A stretch of DNA of 64,000 bases from Sphingobacteriales bacterium (GCA_021297855.1 JAJTHM010000012.1:57591-121590); one strand, 5' to 3'; shown: positions 28,825-39,028, numbered from the stretch's first letter. Numbers and translations: made by a program. The notes: generated from the letters alone by a model not told the origin.

Positions 28825-29027
28825 AACAGATTTCTGGCAAACGGTTTTGTAAGCTTCTAGAATCCAAAGGCTGGATACTGAAAAGAATACAAGGTAGTCA
28901 TCATATTTTTATGAAAGAAGGAAATATAGCTAGAATTTCAGTGCCGGTTCATGGCAACAAGGACTTGAAGATGGGACTAATAAAAAGTCTAATGAAAATT
29001 GCAAATATTGATGAAAGTGAATTGTAA
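28821..29027 (+). CDS. hicA: type II toxin, HicA family mRNA interferase
   Basis: 68 aa. SGKRFCKLLESKGWILKRIQGSHHIFMKEGN...VPVHGNKDLKMGLIKSLMK is a typical HicA (YcfA) pattern. Confidence 0.85.
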   Translation: MKQISGKRFCKLLESKGWILKRIQGSHHIFMKEGNIARISVPVHGNKDLKMGLIKSLMKIANIDESEL

Positions 29028-29057
29028 TAAACATGCAATCAAATACATAATGAAAAT

Positions 29058-29357
29058 ATGAATAAGTTTTCCCACTACAAATTTATCATTGCGGGTATAA
29101 TTATTGTCATGTTAACCATAGCGGTTATAGGTGCTTTATTTAAAATTATGCACTGGCCTTATGCCAATGAAACACTTATAATCGCAATGTCTGGAGGGAT
29201 AGTACTTTTTTTAGCAATACTCTATGACATGATAGTATCTCCTATCCGAAAGAAAGCTATTTGGATTATAACTTTGTGTTTTGCACCTTTATTGGTAGGA
29301 CTTTTATATACTTTTTTGAGAAATGATATGCTAGAAAGTCATTCGGATTTGCAATGA
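29058..29357 (+). CDS. small membrane protein with a GldL-like N-terminal hairpin motif
   Basis: 99 aa with 3 TM segments. VIGALFKIMHWPYANETLIIAMSGGIVLFLAIL resembles the first two helices of GldL (GALFKI.H...). It overlaps the mutY start by 4 nt. Confidence 0.5.
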   Translation: MNKFSHYKFIIAGIIIVMLTIAVIGALFKIMHWPYANETLIIAMSGGIVLFLAILYDMIVSPIRKKAIWIITLCFAPLLVGLLYTFLRNDMLESHSDLQ

Positions 29358-30391
29358 AGTTATCCAAATCACAGATTTTAAGTTTTCAGAAGAGTATTTT
29401 AGAGTTTCATCAACGTGATTGTGCGGTAAAACCGTGGAAAACAGACCATAACCCTTATAAAATTTGGGTGTTTGAGGTGGTCATGCAGCAAACTCGCATG
29501 GAGCAGGGATTGCCATATTATGAGCGGTTGATTAAAAAATTTCCTACTTTATATGATTTAGCTCATGCAGAAGAGGATGCGCTTTTTGCTGTGTGGAAAG
29601 GCCTAGGTTACTATAGTCGAGCGCGAAATTTACAATTTACAGCTAAATACATAGTAAAAGAATTGAGCGGTAAATTTCCATCTAGTTATGATGATTTATT
29701 AAAATTGAAAGGCATAGGAGAATATACTGCTGCTGCTATAGCTAGTTTTGCCTTTGGACAAAATGTAGCAGTCTTGGATGGGAATGTACATAGAGTTTTA
29801 TCTCGATTTTTTGGACTAGCTAAAACAATTCAATCCACCACAGATAAAAGGTATTTTCAAGACTTGGTCAATCACCTGCTATTCAAAGGAAAGTCCGCTA
29901 TTTTTAATCAAGCTATGATGGATATGGGCTCACAAGTTTGTAAACCCCAAAATCCCAATTGTGAAAATTGCTTATTTTCGAATGATTGCAAGGCTTTTAA
30001 TGGAGATAAGATTGCAGATTTACCCCCAAAGAAGGTTCGTCCAGTCCTCAAAGAGCGCTATTTTTACTGTCTTTTTGTGGAGTATAAGGGTAAAGTCTAT
30101 CTTGAAAAACGTTCTGAAAATGATATTTGGAAAGGATTGTATCAAGGAATAGTTCAAGAGGGAGTGAAATTAGACCTCAAATTTTGGGAAGAAAAGGATA
30201 TTGATGTAACCAACGTGGATTGGAGCGGATGGCAGACACAGACCTTGAGTCATCAGAAGGTATTTATGAAAATAGGGAGAATAAAAGTCAAAGAGAATAA
30301 AGCCTATACTTCTCAGTTAGTAAAAAAAGCTGACCTAGCAGCCATACCATTTCCTAGAGTGGTGAGTCGTTTTCTCGAATCAACTGTATAG
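29354..30391 (+). CDS. mutY: A/G-specific adenine DNA glycosylase
   Basis: HhH-GPD LKGIGEYTAAAIASFAFG, 4Fe-4S loop CKPQNPNCENCLFSNDC, and a C-terminal NUDIX-like domain. Confidence 0.9.
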   Translation: MKLSKSQILSFQKSILEFHQRDCAVKPWKTDHNPYKIWVFEVVMQQTRMEQGLPYYERLIKKFPTLYDLAHAEEDALFAVWKGLGYYSRARNLQFTAKYIVKELSGKFPSSYDDLLKLKGIGEYTAAAIASFAFGQNVAVLDGNVHRVLSRFFGLAKTIQSTTDKRYFQDLVNHLLFKGKSAIFNQAMMDMGSQVCKPQNPNCENCLFSNDCKAFNGDKIADLPPKKVRPVLKERYFYCLFVEYKGKVYLEKRSENDIWKGLYQGIVQEGVKLDLKFWEEKDIDVTNVDWSGWQTQTLSHQKVFMKIGRIKVKENKAYTSQLVKKADLAAIPFPRVVSRFLESTV

Positions 30392-31096
30392 TTTATATTG
30401 GTCTATTATCTTTTTAAGCACAGTCTTATTTCCTTTTCCTGGGTTTAAAAAAAATACTTTTACGTTTTGATTCGCACTCTCCTCTCTGTATTCGGCGAGT
30501 AATTCTTTGTCCTTGCCCTTTAAGTCAATAATCATAATATCTAAATCAAATTGTTTTGTATAAAGTTGAATATCGCTTGGATTAAGGTCATTAATCCCAT
30601 GCTCTATCGAGTATTTAAGCCAATCGTGATGAAGTATAGTTTGTATCAGTTTTTGGTTGTCTGTTGAAACTATCAAAACATTTTTTGTCGAATAGATTCT
30701 GCGCAATAAGGTGTTAAATATTTTTATCCATAGGATTCTGAATAGAATAATGAATAGAATAGCTAAACTAAAGAAAAGGATAAGATGAACTAAATAGTAT
30801 TTTCTGTCTAAAACTATTAACCAATAAATAGTGATAAAAGAGAATATTATAAAGAGATATCTCAAGCTAAACACGGGAACTGTTTTTAAAGAAAACGATG
30901 GGTTTAAAAGGGATTGTCCACTGAGAAAAAACACGAGCAAAGTGCATAAATTGATATAAATAAACAAGGAAGGATAAGACCAACCATCTACCCAAAATGT
31001 ATAGAAGATAACCAAATTTGTGATGCCTAAAGCGATATTGATTGCCATTAGGTCAAATAATACCTTACTTAAATTTATATTGAATTCTTGTTTCAT
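30380..31096 (-). CDS. hypothetical polytopic membrane protein resembling the non-catalytic N-terminal half of large WbaP-type phosphoglycosyl transferases
   Basis: 238 aa with 4-5 TM helices, then a soluble segment NVLIVSTDNQKLIQTIL... No catalytic sugar-transferase domain. ATGA overlap with the CapD-like gene. Confidence 0.45.
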   Translation of the reverse strand: MKQEFNINLSKVLFDLMAINIALGITNLVIFYTFWVDGWSYPSLFIYINLCTLLVFFLSGQSLLNPSFSLKTVPVFSLRYLFIIFSFITIYWLIVLDRKYYLVHLILFFSLAILFIILFRILWIKIFNTLLRRIYSTKNVLIVSTDNQKLIQTILHHDWLKYSIEHGINDLNPSDIQLYTKQFDLDIMIIDLKGKDKELLAEYREESANQNVKVFFLNPGKGNKTVLKKIIDQYKLYS

Positions 31097-32973
31097 TTGA
31101 TATCCAATTCTGAATATTCGGAGTTATTACTGATATACTCTGGAATGAGATTTTTTAGACCTTTGACTAATTCGAGAGCTTCATTTTTATCAGAAAAGCT
31201 GCTAAATAAATTATTTAATTTTACCTCTAAGTCTTTGAAATCGTGTTCTGCATTCTTACCTATCATGATTTTGGGGTGATGGGTCGGCAAAGTGTTTTCT
31301 TTATCGGCCAATAGTTCTTCGTAGAGTTTTTCGCCCGGCCTTAAGCCACTTATCTCTATATCTATATCTTTACCCTCTTCGAGTCCATAGAGTTGAATCA
31401 TCTTTTTAGCCAGATCAATAATTTTGACAGGTTCACCCATATCAAAAAGAAATATCTCCCCACCCACGCCATAGCTTCCTGCCTCGAGTACCAATTGACA
31501 AGCTTCAGGTATAGTCATAAAAAATCGCGTAATATCAGGATGTGTGACTTTTATAGGACCACCAGATTCTATTTGATTTTTAAAGATAGGAATGACAGAT
31601 CCATTGCTACCTAACACATTTCCGAATCGAGTAGTTATGAATTTTGTCGTTACTTCTGGATTCTGATTCATTAGCTGAACGTATAATTCAGAGGCTCTTT
31701 TTGTAGCCCCCATCACATTCGTAGGATTAACAGCTTTGTCAGTAGATACAAATACAAATTTCTTACAGTTGTATTTTATAGCATTATCAACAATTGTTTT
31801 GGTTCCGATCAAATTGGTTTTAATCGCTTCGTAGGGATGCAGTTCCATAAGAGGAACATGCTTGTAGGCAGCAGCATGAAAAACAATATCAGGTCGATGT
31901 GTTTTAAATATTCCCTCAATGCGGTCAAAATCGGATATATCAGCAATATACGAGGATATACTTTTGAATTTAACTAATAGTTCATTTTCAATATCAAACA
32001 GAGGGGATTCGGCTTGGTCGGCTAGAATAATTTTTTGTGGCTGATACTGAATTATTTGTCTACATATTTCAGATCCTATAGACCCTGCAGCGCCTGTTAC
32101 TAATACGGTTCTGTCCGCGATTTCAGATTTTATTTTTTGAATATCCAGTTTGATAGGAGGTCTTTGCAGTAACTCTTCAATTTGTATTTTCTTTTCCTGG
32201 ACTTGAGATTTTTCGTTGATTGATAGCCAGCTCTTTAATTTTTGATTCTCAATTAACTTAACATTCTTGGATTCACAAATCTCTTTAGCATTTTGTAGAT
32301 AGGACCCATAACCCTTTTCTGCTACTAAGAGCAAACTGTCGATATTGATAACGTCCAACATTGTATTGAGACTCTGAATGTGGTAGACCGGAGAACCTTC
32401 GATTGTTTTATTGATAAGGCTATTATCCTTTGAAAAATAGGCTACTATTCTGTAACGAAACTGTGCTCGCTCATAATCCAAATAGTGTTTTGTAATGATG
32501 GATTGATAATCTGTACCGACGATAGCGACTCTTTTCTCAGGGAGTTGGACAGAGCTCATCACATTAATTGAAATAGCATATCTTATAACTAATCTGTATA
32601 GATTGATACCGAACAAGCTTAGAAAATAACTTAACAAGAGTATGTAATTACTCAGAAAATATTGAGGATAAGAGGATTTTAAAAGATTGCTTAATGAAAT
32701 AAGGACAAAAGCCGAGGAGGTCAAAGAAAGAAAAATCTTGAACAAATCACGATATGATGTGTAGCGCAATACAGTGATATGGGTTCTAAATAACATAAAA
32801 CCAGCCAAATAAACTAGAGTAGCTATAAGAATAGCTGCCATGAAAGATTGACTTACTTGACTTATCTTATTAATAAAAATAACGGCGGCTAGAGTAAGAG
32901 AGCATATGATGACAAACGTCTCAAAACCGAGTATCAGAAATCTAGAGGAATGGAAAGAGTATAATTTTTTCAA
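31093..32973 (-). CDS. polysaccharide biosynthesis protein CapD/PglF/WbpM family (membrane-anchored UDP-GlcNAc 4,6-dehydratase type)
   Basis: 626 aa. N-terminal TM helices, two Rossmann regions (VAIVGTD; VLVTGAAGSIGSEICRQI), and motifs STDKAVNPTNVMGATKR and RFGNVLGSNGSV. Confidence 0.88.
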   Translation of the reverse strand: MKKLYSFHSSRFLILGFETFVIICSLTLAAVIFINKISQVSQSFMAAILIATLVYLAGFMLFRTHITVLRYTSYRDLFKIFLSLTSSAFVLISLSNLLKSSYPQYFLSNYILLLSYFLSLFGINLYRLVIRYAISINVMSSVQLPEKRVAIVGTDYQSIITKHYLDYERAQFRYRIVAYFSKDNSLINKTIEGSPVYHIQSLNTMLDVINIDSLLLVAEKGYGSYLQNAKEICESKNVKLIENQKLKSWLSINEKSQVQEKKIQIEELLQRPPIKLDIQKIKSEIADRTVLVTGAAGSIGSEICRQIIQYQPQKIILADQAESPLFDIENELLVKFKSISSYIADISDFDRIEGIFKTHRPDIVFHAAAYKHVPLMELHPYEAIKTNLIGTKTIVDNAIKYNCKKFVFVSTDKAVNPTNVMGATKRASELYVQLMNQNPEVTTKFITTRFGNVLGSNGSVIPIFKNQIESGGPIKVTHPDITRFFMTIPEACQLVLEAGSYGVGGEIFLFDMGEPVKIIDLAKKMIQLYGLEEGKDIDIEISGLRPGEKLYEELLADKENTLPTHHPKIMIGKNAEHDFKDLEVKLNNLFSSFSDKNEALELVKGLKNLIPEYISNNSEYSELDIK

Positions 32974-33210
32974 ACTATATATTTGATAGGCAAATGTAAG
33001 ACAATTTTTCTATACATTTTTTATCACTTAAAGTAGCATTAAAGCTCGACGAAAAGTTTATACAATTCATGCTGGCAATAAATCGGGAAATATTTTATAA
33101 AAAATTCAGTAAGAGCTAATGTTATCAGGCATTTATAAGGGTTTTGTTGTGAATATTAAATGGTAGTATAAATAAAAAAAGTCCTATTTTTGCGGATTCT
33201 AAATATAAGT
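32974..33210. promoter_or_regulatory. divergent promoter region of the glycan locus
   Basis: Plus-strand TAnnTTTG boxes at 32978-32985 (TATATTTG) and 33185-33192 (TATTTTTG, 19 nt before the ATG at 33211). Minus-strand box TACATTTG (reads CAAATGTA at 32991-32998) lies 18 nt before the ATG at 32973. Confidence 0.4.
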
Positions 33211-34491
33211 ATGTATAAAATTGCAATTATTGGGCTTGGATATGTGGGTTTGCCTTTGGCCAGATTATTTGCTACGAAGTATAGAGTGGTAGGGTTTGAT
33301 ATCAATACTTCACGCATCGACGAATTGAGAAGTGGAAAAGACTCTACTCATGAGTTGAGCCCCGAACTTTTAAATTCAGTATTGCTTTCAGAATTTGGAG
33401 ACAAGAACAATGGATTATTGGTTACTAATGAGTTGACTTTAATTGCAGATTGTAGTATTTATATAATAACAGTTCCTACACCAGTTGATAAGAATAATAA
33501 TCCTGACCTGACGCCTCTCTATAAAGCCAGTGAAACTGTCGGTAAAGTGCTTAAAAAAGGGGATATAGTTGTATATGAATCTACAGTATATCCTGGGGTG
33601 ACAGAAGAAGAGTGCATCCCAGTTTTGGAAAGAGTGAGTGGCTTAAAGTTTAATACAGATTTTTTTGCAGGATATTCTCCTGAGCGAATCAATCCAGGAG
33701 ACAAAGAGCATACAGTAGAAAAAATACTTAAAGTGACCTCTGGTTCTAATCCTGAGGTGGCCAAGACGGTGGATGATTTATATTCCTCGGTGATCACTGC
33801 AGGCACCTATTTAGCTTCAAGTATAAAAGTAGCTGAAGCAGCCAAGGTCATAGAAAATTCCCAAAGAGATATCAATATTGCCTTTGTCAATGAACTATCA
33901 AAAATTTTCAATGCACTTGAAATTGATACCTATGAGGTTTTGAAAGCCGCTGGGACTAAATGGAATTTTCTACCTTTCAAACCAGGATTGGTTGGAGGCC
34001 ACTGCATAGGTGTAGATCCTTATTATCTAGCTCAAAAAGCTCAAGCGCATGGCTATTTTCCGGAAATAATTCTCGCTGGAAGAAAAATGAATGACTCCAT
34101 GGGAGAGCATGTCTCATCTCAATTGGTTAAAATGATGGTTAAAAAAGGCATTGAAGTGCAGAAGTCAAAAGTATTGGTTCTGGGCTTTACCTTTAAGGAG
34201 AACTGTCCAGATGTCAGAAATACGAAAGTAGAAAGCGTTGTCAAGTCATTGGTATCATTCGGCGTATCAGTAGATGTCTGCGATCCACAAGCTAATATAG
34301 ACGAAGTTAATAACGAATATGGATTGACTATTATGAATCAAATACCATCCAATCAATATGACGGAATACTGCTTGCAGTGTCGCACAATGAATTTATAGG
34401 GATGGATTTATCCAACTATAAGAAAACCAACTCAGTTGTATATGATATTAAAGGAATTTTGCCTGCGGGTCAGTATGATGCTAGGTTATAA
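33211..34491 (+). CDS. nucleotide-sugar 6-dehydrogenase (UDP-GlcNAc/GalNAc dehydrogenase, WbpA/WbpO/TviB-like)
   Basis: MYKIAIIGLGYVGLPLA Rossmann motif, catalytic GGHCIGVDPYYL. The start is taken at the internal ATG; the track ORF begins at 33190. Confidence 0.88.
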   Translation: MYKIAIIGLGYVGLPLARLFATKYRVVGFDINTSRIDELRSGKDSTHELSPELLNSVLLSEFGDKNNGLLVTNELTLIADCSIYIITVPTPVDKNNNPDLTPLYKASETVGKVLKKGDIVVYESTVYPGVTEEECIPVLERVSGLKFNTDFFAGYSPERINPGDKEHTVEKILKVTSGSNPEVAKTVDDLYSSVITAGTYLASSIKVAEAAKVIENSQRDINIAFVNELSKIFNALEIDTYEVLKAAGTKWNFLPFKPGLVGGHCIGVDPYYLAQKAQAHGYFPEIILAGRKMNDSMGEHVSSQLVKMMVKKGIEVQKSKVLVLGFTFKENCPDVRNTKVESVVKSLVSFGVSVDVCDPQANIDEVNNEYGLTIMNQIPSNQYDGILLAVSHNEFIGMDLSNYKKTNSVVYDIKGILPAGQYDARL

Positions 34492-34513
34492 TGTAAAATA
34501 GAAAATTGAAATA

Positions 34514-35407
34514 ATGAAGCGATTTGCACTAATAGGAGCTGCGGGCTATATAGCTCCTCGACATATGAAAGCTATTAAAGATACGGGAAATACCTTGGTC
34601 TGTGCGTTCGATCCATACGATGGGGTCGGTATTATGGACAGCCATTTTCCTGATGCTGATTTTTTCACGGAATTTGAGCGCTTTGATCGTCACATCGATA
34701 AGTTGCGAAGACAAGGAAACCCTATTGATATTATCAGTATTTGTAGTCCTAATTATCTCCATGATGCACATATTCGATTTGCTCTAAAAAGTGGGTGCGA
34801 TGTGATCTGCGAGAAACCACTGGTTCTAAATCCCTGGAATGTGGATGCAATCGTAGATATTGAAAAGGAAACGGGAAAGAACGCTTATACTATACTTCAG
34901 CTGAGGTTACATCCGAATATTAAAGCATTAAAGGAACGAATTGATAAATCACCAGCAGGTAAAATCTATGATATAGATCTTAAATATATCACTTCTAGAG
35001 GTAAATGGTATCATCACAGTTGGAAAGGCGATATCGATAAATCAGGTGGAATAGCAACCAATATAGGGGTTCATTTTTTTGACATGCTCACATGGATATT
35101 TGGAGATATCGTTGAGAATAAGGTTCATAGACATGATGATGATACAGCCGCAGGTTTTCTTCATTTAGAAAAAGCACGTATCAATTGGTTTTTGAGTATC
35201 GATTACCATCAAATACCAGAAGAAGTAAGATTTGCGGGGAAGCGAACTTATCGCACGCTGAGCATGGAAGGGGAGGAGATTGAATTTTCAGATGGATTTA
35301 CAGAATTACACACGGATAGCTACCGTGAGATATTAGCAGGAAGAGGATTTCCTGTAGCGGTTTCAAAAAAAGCTATAGAAATAGTGCATGGCATTAGACC
35401 GGAATAA
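34514..35407 (+). CDS. Gfo/Idh/MocA oxidoreductase, WbpB/WlbA-like (UDP-GlcNAcA 3-dehydrogenase type)
   Basis: MKRFALIGAAGYIAPRHMKAIKDTGN... closely resembles the WbpB N-terminus as I recall it. EKP motif CEKPLVLN. Confidence 0.75.
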   Translation: MKRFALIGAAGYIAPRHMKAIKDTGNTLVCAFDPYDGVGIMDSHFPDADFFTEFERFDRHIDKLRRQGNPIDIISICSPNYLHDAHIRFALKSGCDVICEKPLVLNPWNVDAIVDIEKETGKNAYTILQLRLHPNIKALKERIDKSPAGKIYDIDLKYITSRGKWYHHSWKGDIDKSGGIATNIGVHFFDMLTWIFGDIVENKVHRHDDDTAAGFLHLEKARINWFLSIDYHQIPEEVRFAGKRTYRTLSMEGEEIEFSDGFTELHTDSYREILAGRGFPVAVSKKAIEIVHGIRPE

Positions 35408-36728
35408 AATTACAGTCGCTAGGCTACTTAAATTCTCGTACTGTTTATTATTTGCGTTTCCTGCGCTTCCAAATGCTTTACAGAGTATCGTATTCGGCTT
35501 ATTTTTAGCCATTTGTTTAGTATATTTTTATCAGAATAAGCAAGTTTCTTTTTTTGAAAGTAAAAACTACGCCGCCTTATTCTTCCTTTCTGCCTATTAT
35601 ATTTTTTTTCTAGGCACTTATTTTTATCCAACGAACTATCATTTTTCAGCGGAGTATATTCAACCAAGCATTCTTTTGCTCTTATGCCCACTAGTTTTGC
35701 TTTTTACTAGTTGGATTCAAGATAAGAAGATGAATAAGTTAGCAGTATGGGTGCTTACTATAAGCTCCTTGTGGTCTTTTTATTTGCTTTATGAATATTG
35801 GGTAGAAGGTATAGCCTTATCGTATAAATATTATAGGAGTGATGTTGATTTTACGGATTATACTCATATACCCGACTGGAAGTATATACTTAAGAGTTCT
35901 ACTGAGTTTCTAAACAGTCTTGCTGAATGGGGATTCTATAGAGAGGGAATAAAAATAGAACTCAACACGCATCATACGTTTCTATCCGCTGTATATACTT
36001 TTAATGTTGTTTTGATATTAGCTAATATCAATAATAAGACACGTTCTTACGAAAAAATAGTGTTCTTAATAGTATGTATAGGTCTTTCTTTTATTATCTA
36101 TTTCTTAGAGTCTAAGGCGAATATTATATGTCTCTTGGTCATATTAGTAAGCAGCTTGTTTTACTATTTATATCAATACTTATCTCAAACCTTTCGTTAT
36201 ATTTTTGGAACCATACTGCTTGCAATTGTATTTACTGGTTTTTATTACCTAAACAAAAATAAAAATGAATTTATCCATCAGATTGAGTCGAGAAAGCTGA
36301 TAGAACCAGCGCGCAAAAAGCTGTATAGTTTACTCTATAATGAAGTCAAACAAAAGCCAATTCTTGGCTATGGTGCCAATAATGTGAAACCTCTATTGGA
36401 TAGTGTGGTGAAGAAAGATTCTAGTAACTATTTTTTTAGGTTCAATGTCCCAACGTATTATCAGAGTCCACATTCTCAGGTTTTATTTAGCATGTTATCA
36501 GGAGGGTCTGTTCAGCTAGGTTTATTTTTGATTATGTTTGCCTTCTTAGTATTAGTTTTTATAAGTAAAGGTAATATTTTTGGGCTGCACCTATTGCTTA
36601 TTGTGGGGGTGAATTGTGTTTTCGATGACTTTTTGAATAGGGCATGGGGAGTTTATCTTTTCCTATTAGGGATTATTTATTTTTGGAATGACTTTGTTAA
36701 AAACAAGAATGAAATCAACCTTCTATAA
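35388..36728 (+). CDS. O-antigen ligase / Wzy_C-domain family polytopic membrane protein (ligase, polymerase or O-oligosaccharyltransferase)
   Basis: 446 aa with about 10 TM helices and a large loop before the last helices (...GYGANNVKP...PHSQVLFSMLSGG), typical of the Wzy_C family. Confidence 0.6.
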   Translation: MALDRNKITVARLLKFSYCLLFAFPALPNALQSIVFGLFLAICLVYFYQNKQVSFFESKNYAALFFLSAYYIFFLGTYFYPTNYHFSAEYIQPSILLLLCPLVLLFTSWIQDKKMNKLAVWVLTISSLWSFYLLYEYWVEGIALSYKYYRSDVDFTDYTHIPDWKYILKSSTEFLNSLAEWGFYREGIKIELNTHHTFLSAVYTFNVVLILANINNKTRSYEKIVFLIVCIGLSFIIYFLESKANIICLLVILVSSLFYYLYQYLSQTFRYIFGTILLAIVFTGFYYLNKNKNEFIHQIESRKLIEPARKKLYSLLYNEVKQKPILGYGANNVKPLLDSVVKKDSSNYFFRFNVPTYYQSPHSQVLFSMLSGGSVQLGLFLIMFAFLVLVFISKGNIFGLHLLLIVGVNCVFDDFLNRAWGVYLFLLGIIYFWNDFVKNKNEINLL

Positions 36729-37938
36729 AAACTTTTTGATTCTATTCTCAGGCACCACGCTATCTCAGATAATCCCATTTGCTGCTGCATTTTTTATTGC
36801 TAGAATTTATACCAACGAAGAGTTTGGCTTTTATGGATTATTTATCACGCTGGCAGGTATTCTGTCGGTCGTCGCCACTTTAAAATATGAGGTAGCACTC
36901 TTGGTAGCTGACTCTGAAGATAAGGCTCTTCATATCATGCAGACAGTTTTGCTTCTTGCTACTATAGTTGCTTTGCTACTATTTGTAGGGATAGGTATTT
37001 TGTTTCTATTAGATATGGTTTCTATAGCTTATTTCTTATTGCCATTTTCTGTTTTTGCTATAGCTATTTACACCTCTATAGATAGATATTACAATAGATT
37101 TAGTCATTACAAATCGATGTCTATTCTGAGAATTAACAAATCTACTGGTGAGTCTATTTATAATATTCTAGGGAGTTTAAGTTGGTTGCGGCCCTTGAAT
37201 TTAATCATAGGATTCACTGGAGGTTATTTATTGGGGATAGGTTACTTTTTATTCTCGCAATTTCAGTTTTGTAAGTTGGTTTTAACTAGTTTTTCTCTCC
37301 GAAATGTTCAAAGCATCATCAAAGAATATAAAGACTTTGCTTTGTATTCCTTTCCTCTCGCCTTGTTAAATACTGTATCCACTAGTATCCCCGTTTTATT
37401 AATTCCTTACTACTACGATGAGTCTAGCCTAGGTTTGTTTATATTTGGATCTAAATATGTGCAAGCGCCCCTGAGTCTTATTTCAGGATCCATTTACAGC
37501 GTATTTGGCCAAGAGTTGAAAGATTGTATGGCAGATCGAGCTGCCCGAATTCAGATTTTTAATAGCCTAACAAAAAAATTGGTTTTACTGGCTATTTTAA
37601 TGACCCCATTTTTGGCATTTGCGCCATTTTTCTTCACCTTCTTTTTTGGGGAGAACTGGACGACTTCAGGTAAGTATATTCAAATTTTGACCTTATGGAT
37701 AGTGGTCAATTTTGTGATGTCTGCATTGGCGAATATTCCGGTGTTATTCCAAAAGCAGCGTCAAGCGTTGATATTGGAAATCGTCTATTCTTTTGCCAAG
37801 TTATTGCCTTTTGTTATTTTCGCAGGCTTCTTTAAGTACAACTTGAATGAGGTTCTTATAATCTATGCAATTTTAACTACATTTGTCTTGTTCTATAGCT
37901 TTTATTGGAATAGAAAATTGATATATGGTAACCAGTAA
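36709..37938 (+). CDS. wzx: oligosaccharide flippase (Wzx / polysaccharide biosynthesis protein family)
   Basis: About 12 TM helices. N-terminus MKSTFYKNFLILFSGTTLSQIIPF is typical of Wzx/MOP flippases. The track ORF starts at 36688, inside the previous gene. Confidence 0.75.
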   Translation: MKSTFYKNFLILFSGTTLSQIIPFAAAFFIARIYTNEEFGFYGLFITLAGILSVVATLKYEVALLVADSEDKALHIMQTVLLLATIVALLLFVGIGILFLLDMVSIAYFLLPFSVFAIAIYTSIDRYYNRFSHYKSMSILRINKSTGESIYNILGSLSWLRPLNLIIGFTGGYLLGIGYFLFSQFQFCKLVLTSFSLRNVQSIIKEYKDFALYSFPLALLNTVSTSIPVLLIPYYYDESSLGLFIFGSKYVQAPLSLISGSIYSVFGQELKDCMADRAARIQIFNSLTKKLVLLAILMTPFLAFAPFFFTFFFGENWTTSGKYIQILTLWIVVNFVMSALANIPVLFQKQRQALILEIVYSFAKLLPFVIFAGFFKYNLNEVLIIYAILTTFVLFYSFYWNRKLIYGNQ

Positions 37939-39025
37939 TGCACAATCTGAAGATCAGAGGATAAATGTCACAAAGACATTTCTGCCATCTATAGATAGCT
38001 ATGCTAGCATTCTCCAACGCGCATGGGATAATGTATGGCTAACTAATCGTGGTGAATTAATACTTGAACTTGAAGAAAAATTAAAGGAAATTCTCGGAAT
38101 GGACAATATTCTGATTATGAATAATGGTACCATACCCATCCAAATAGCATTGAAGCTCTTGGGTAATCATGGTGAAATTATTACGACGCCATTCAGCTAC
38201 GTGGCTACCTCTTCGGCTATTATTTGGGAGAACTGTAAACCTGTGTTTGTAGATATAGAAGGCGATGGTTGGACTCTAGACCCACAGAAATTAGAGGAGG
38301 CGATTACTCCGAATACAACATGTATCTTAGCTACCCATGTTTTTGGTAATCCATGCGATGTTGAAAATATAGATAGAATTGCTCAAAAGCATAATTTGAA
38401 GGTTATCTATGACGCAGCACATTGCTTTGGCGTGAAGTATAAAGGTAAGAGTGTTTTTAGCTATGGTGATGTCAGTACATGTAGTTTTCATGCTACTAAA
38501 ATATTTCATACAGGAGAAGGAGGGGCTTCGTTTTGCAATGATTCAGAATTGCGAAAAAAAATATATTATAGCCATAATTTTGGACACAATGGTCCTTTAG
38601 ATTTTCATGGTTTGGGTATCAATGGTAAGATAAGTGAACTACAAGCAGCAATGGGTCTAGCCGTTTTGCCTCATATGAAGGATATCTATAGCGAGAGAAA
38701 ACGCGCTGTTGAATTCTATAATGCTCATATTGATTTCAATCGCTATACCAGATTAAAGATAAGAGATAATACAGAATGGAATTATAGCTATTATCCTATA
38801 TTGTTTAAAACTGAAACTGCGCTGCTTGACGCTCAAGAAATGTTTAATGCAAAATCTATATTCCCTAGGCGTTATTTTTATCCTTCCTTAAATGCTATTC
38901 CATATATAAATGGGCAAGCCATGCCTGTATCAGAAGATATTGCGTCTAGGGTTCTATGCCTTCCACTCTATGCTGGTATAGCGGAAAAAGAGTTGAATCG
39001 CATCGTCCATATTCTAAATCAATAG
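37925..39025 (+). CDS. DegT/DnrJ/EryC1/StrS family sugar aminotransferase (PglE/WbpE/WecE-like)
   Basis: PLP-lysine context DVSTCSFHATKIFHTGEGG, ELQAAMGL, and a C-terminal LCLPLY. Confidence 0.88.
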   Translation: MVTSNAQSEDQRINVTKTFLPSIDSYASILQRAWDNVWLTNRGELILELEEKLKEILGMDNILIMNNGTIPIQIALKLLGNHGEIITTPFSYVATSSAIIWENCKPVFVDIEGDGWTLDPQKLEEAITPNTTCILATHVFGNPCDVENIDRIAQKHNLKVIYDAAHCFGVKYKGKSVFSYGDVSTCSFHATKIFHTGEGGASFCNDSELRKKIYYSHNFGHNGPLDFHGLGINGKISELQAAMGLAVLPHMKDIYSERKRAVEFYNAHIDFNRYTRLKIRDNTEWNYSYYPILFKTETALLDAQEMFNAKSIFPRRYFYPSLNAIPYINGQAMPVSEDIASRVLCLPLYAGIAEKELNRIVHILNQ

Positions 39026-39028
39026 GGG

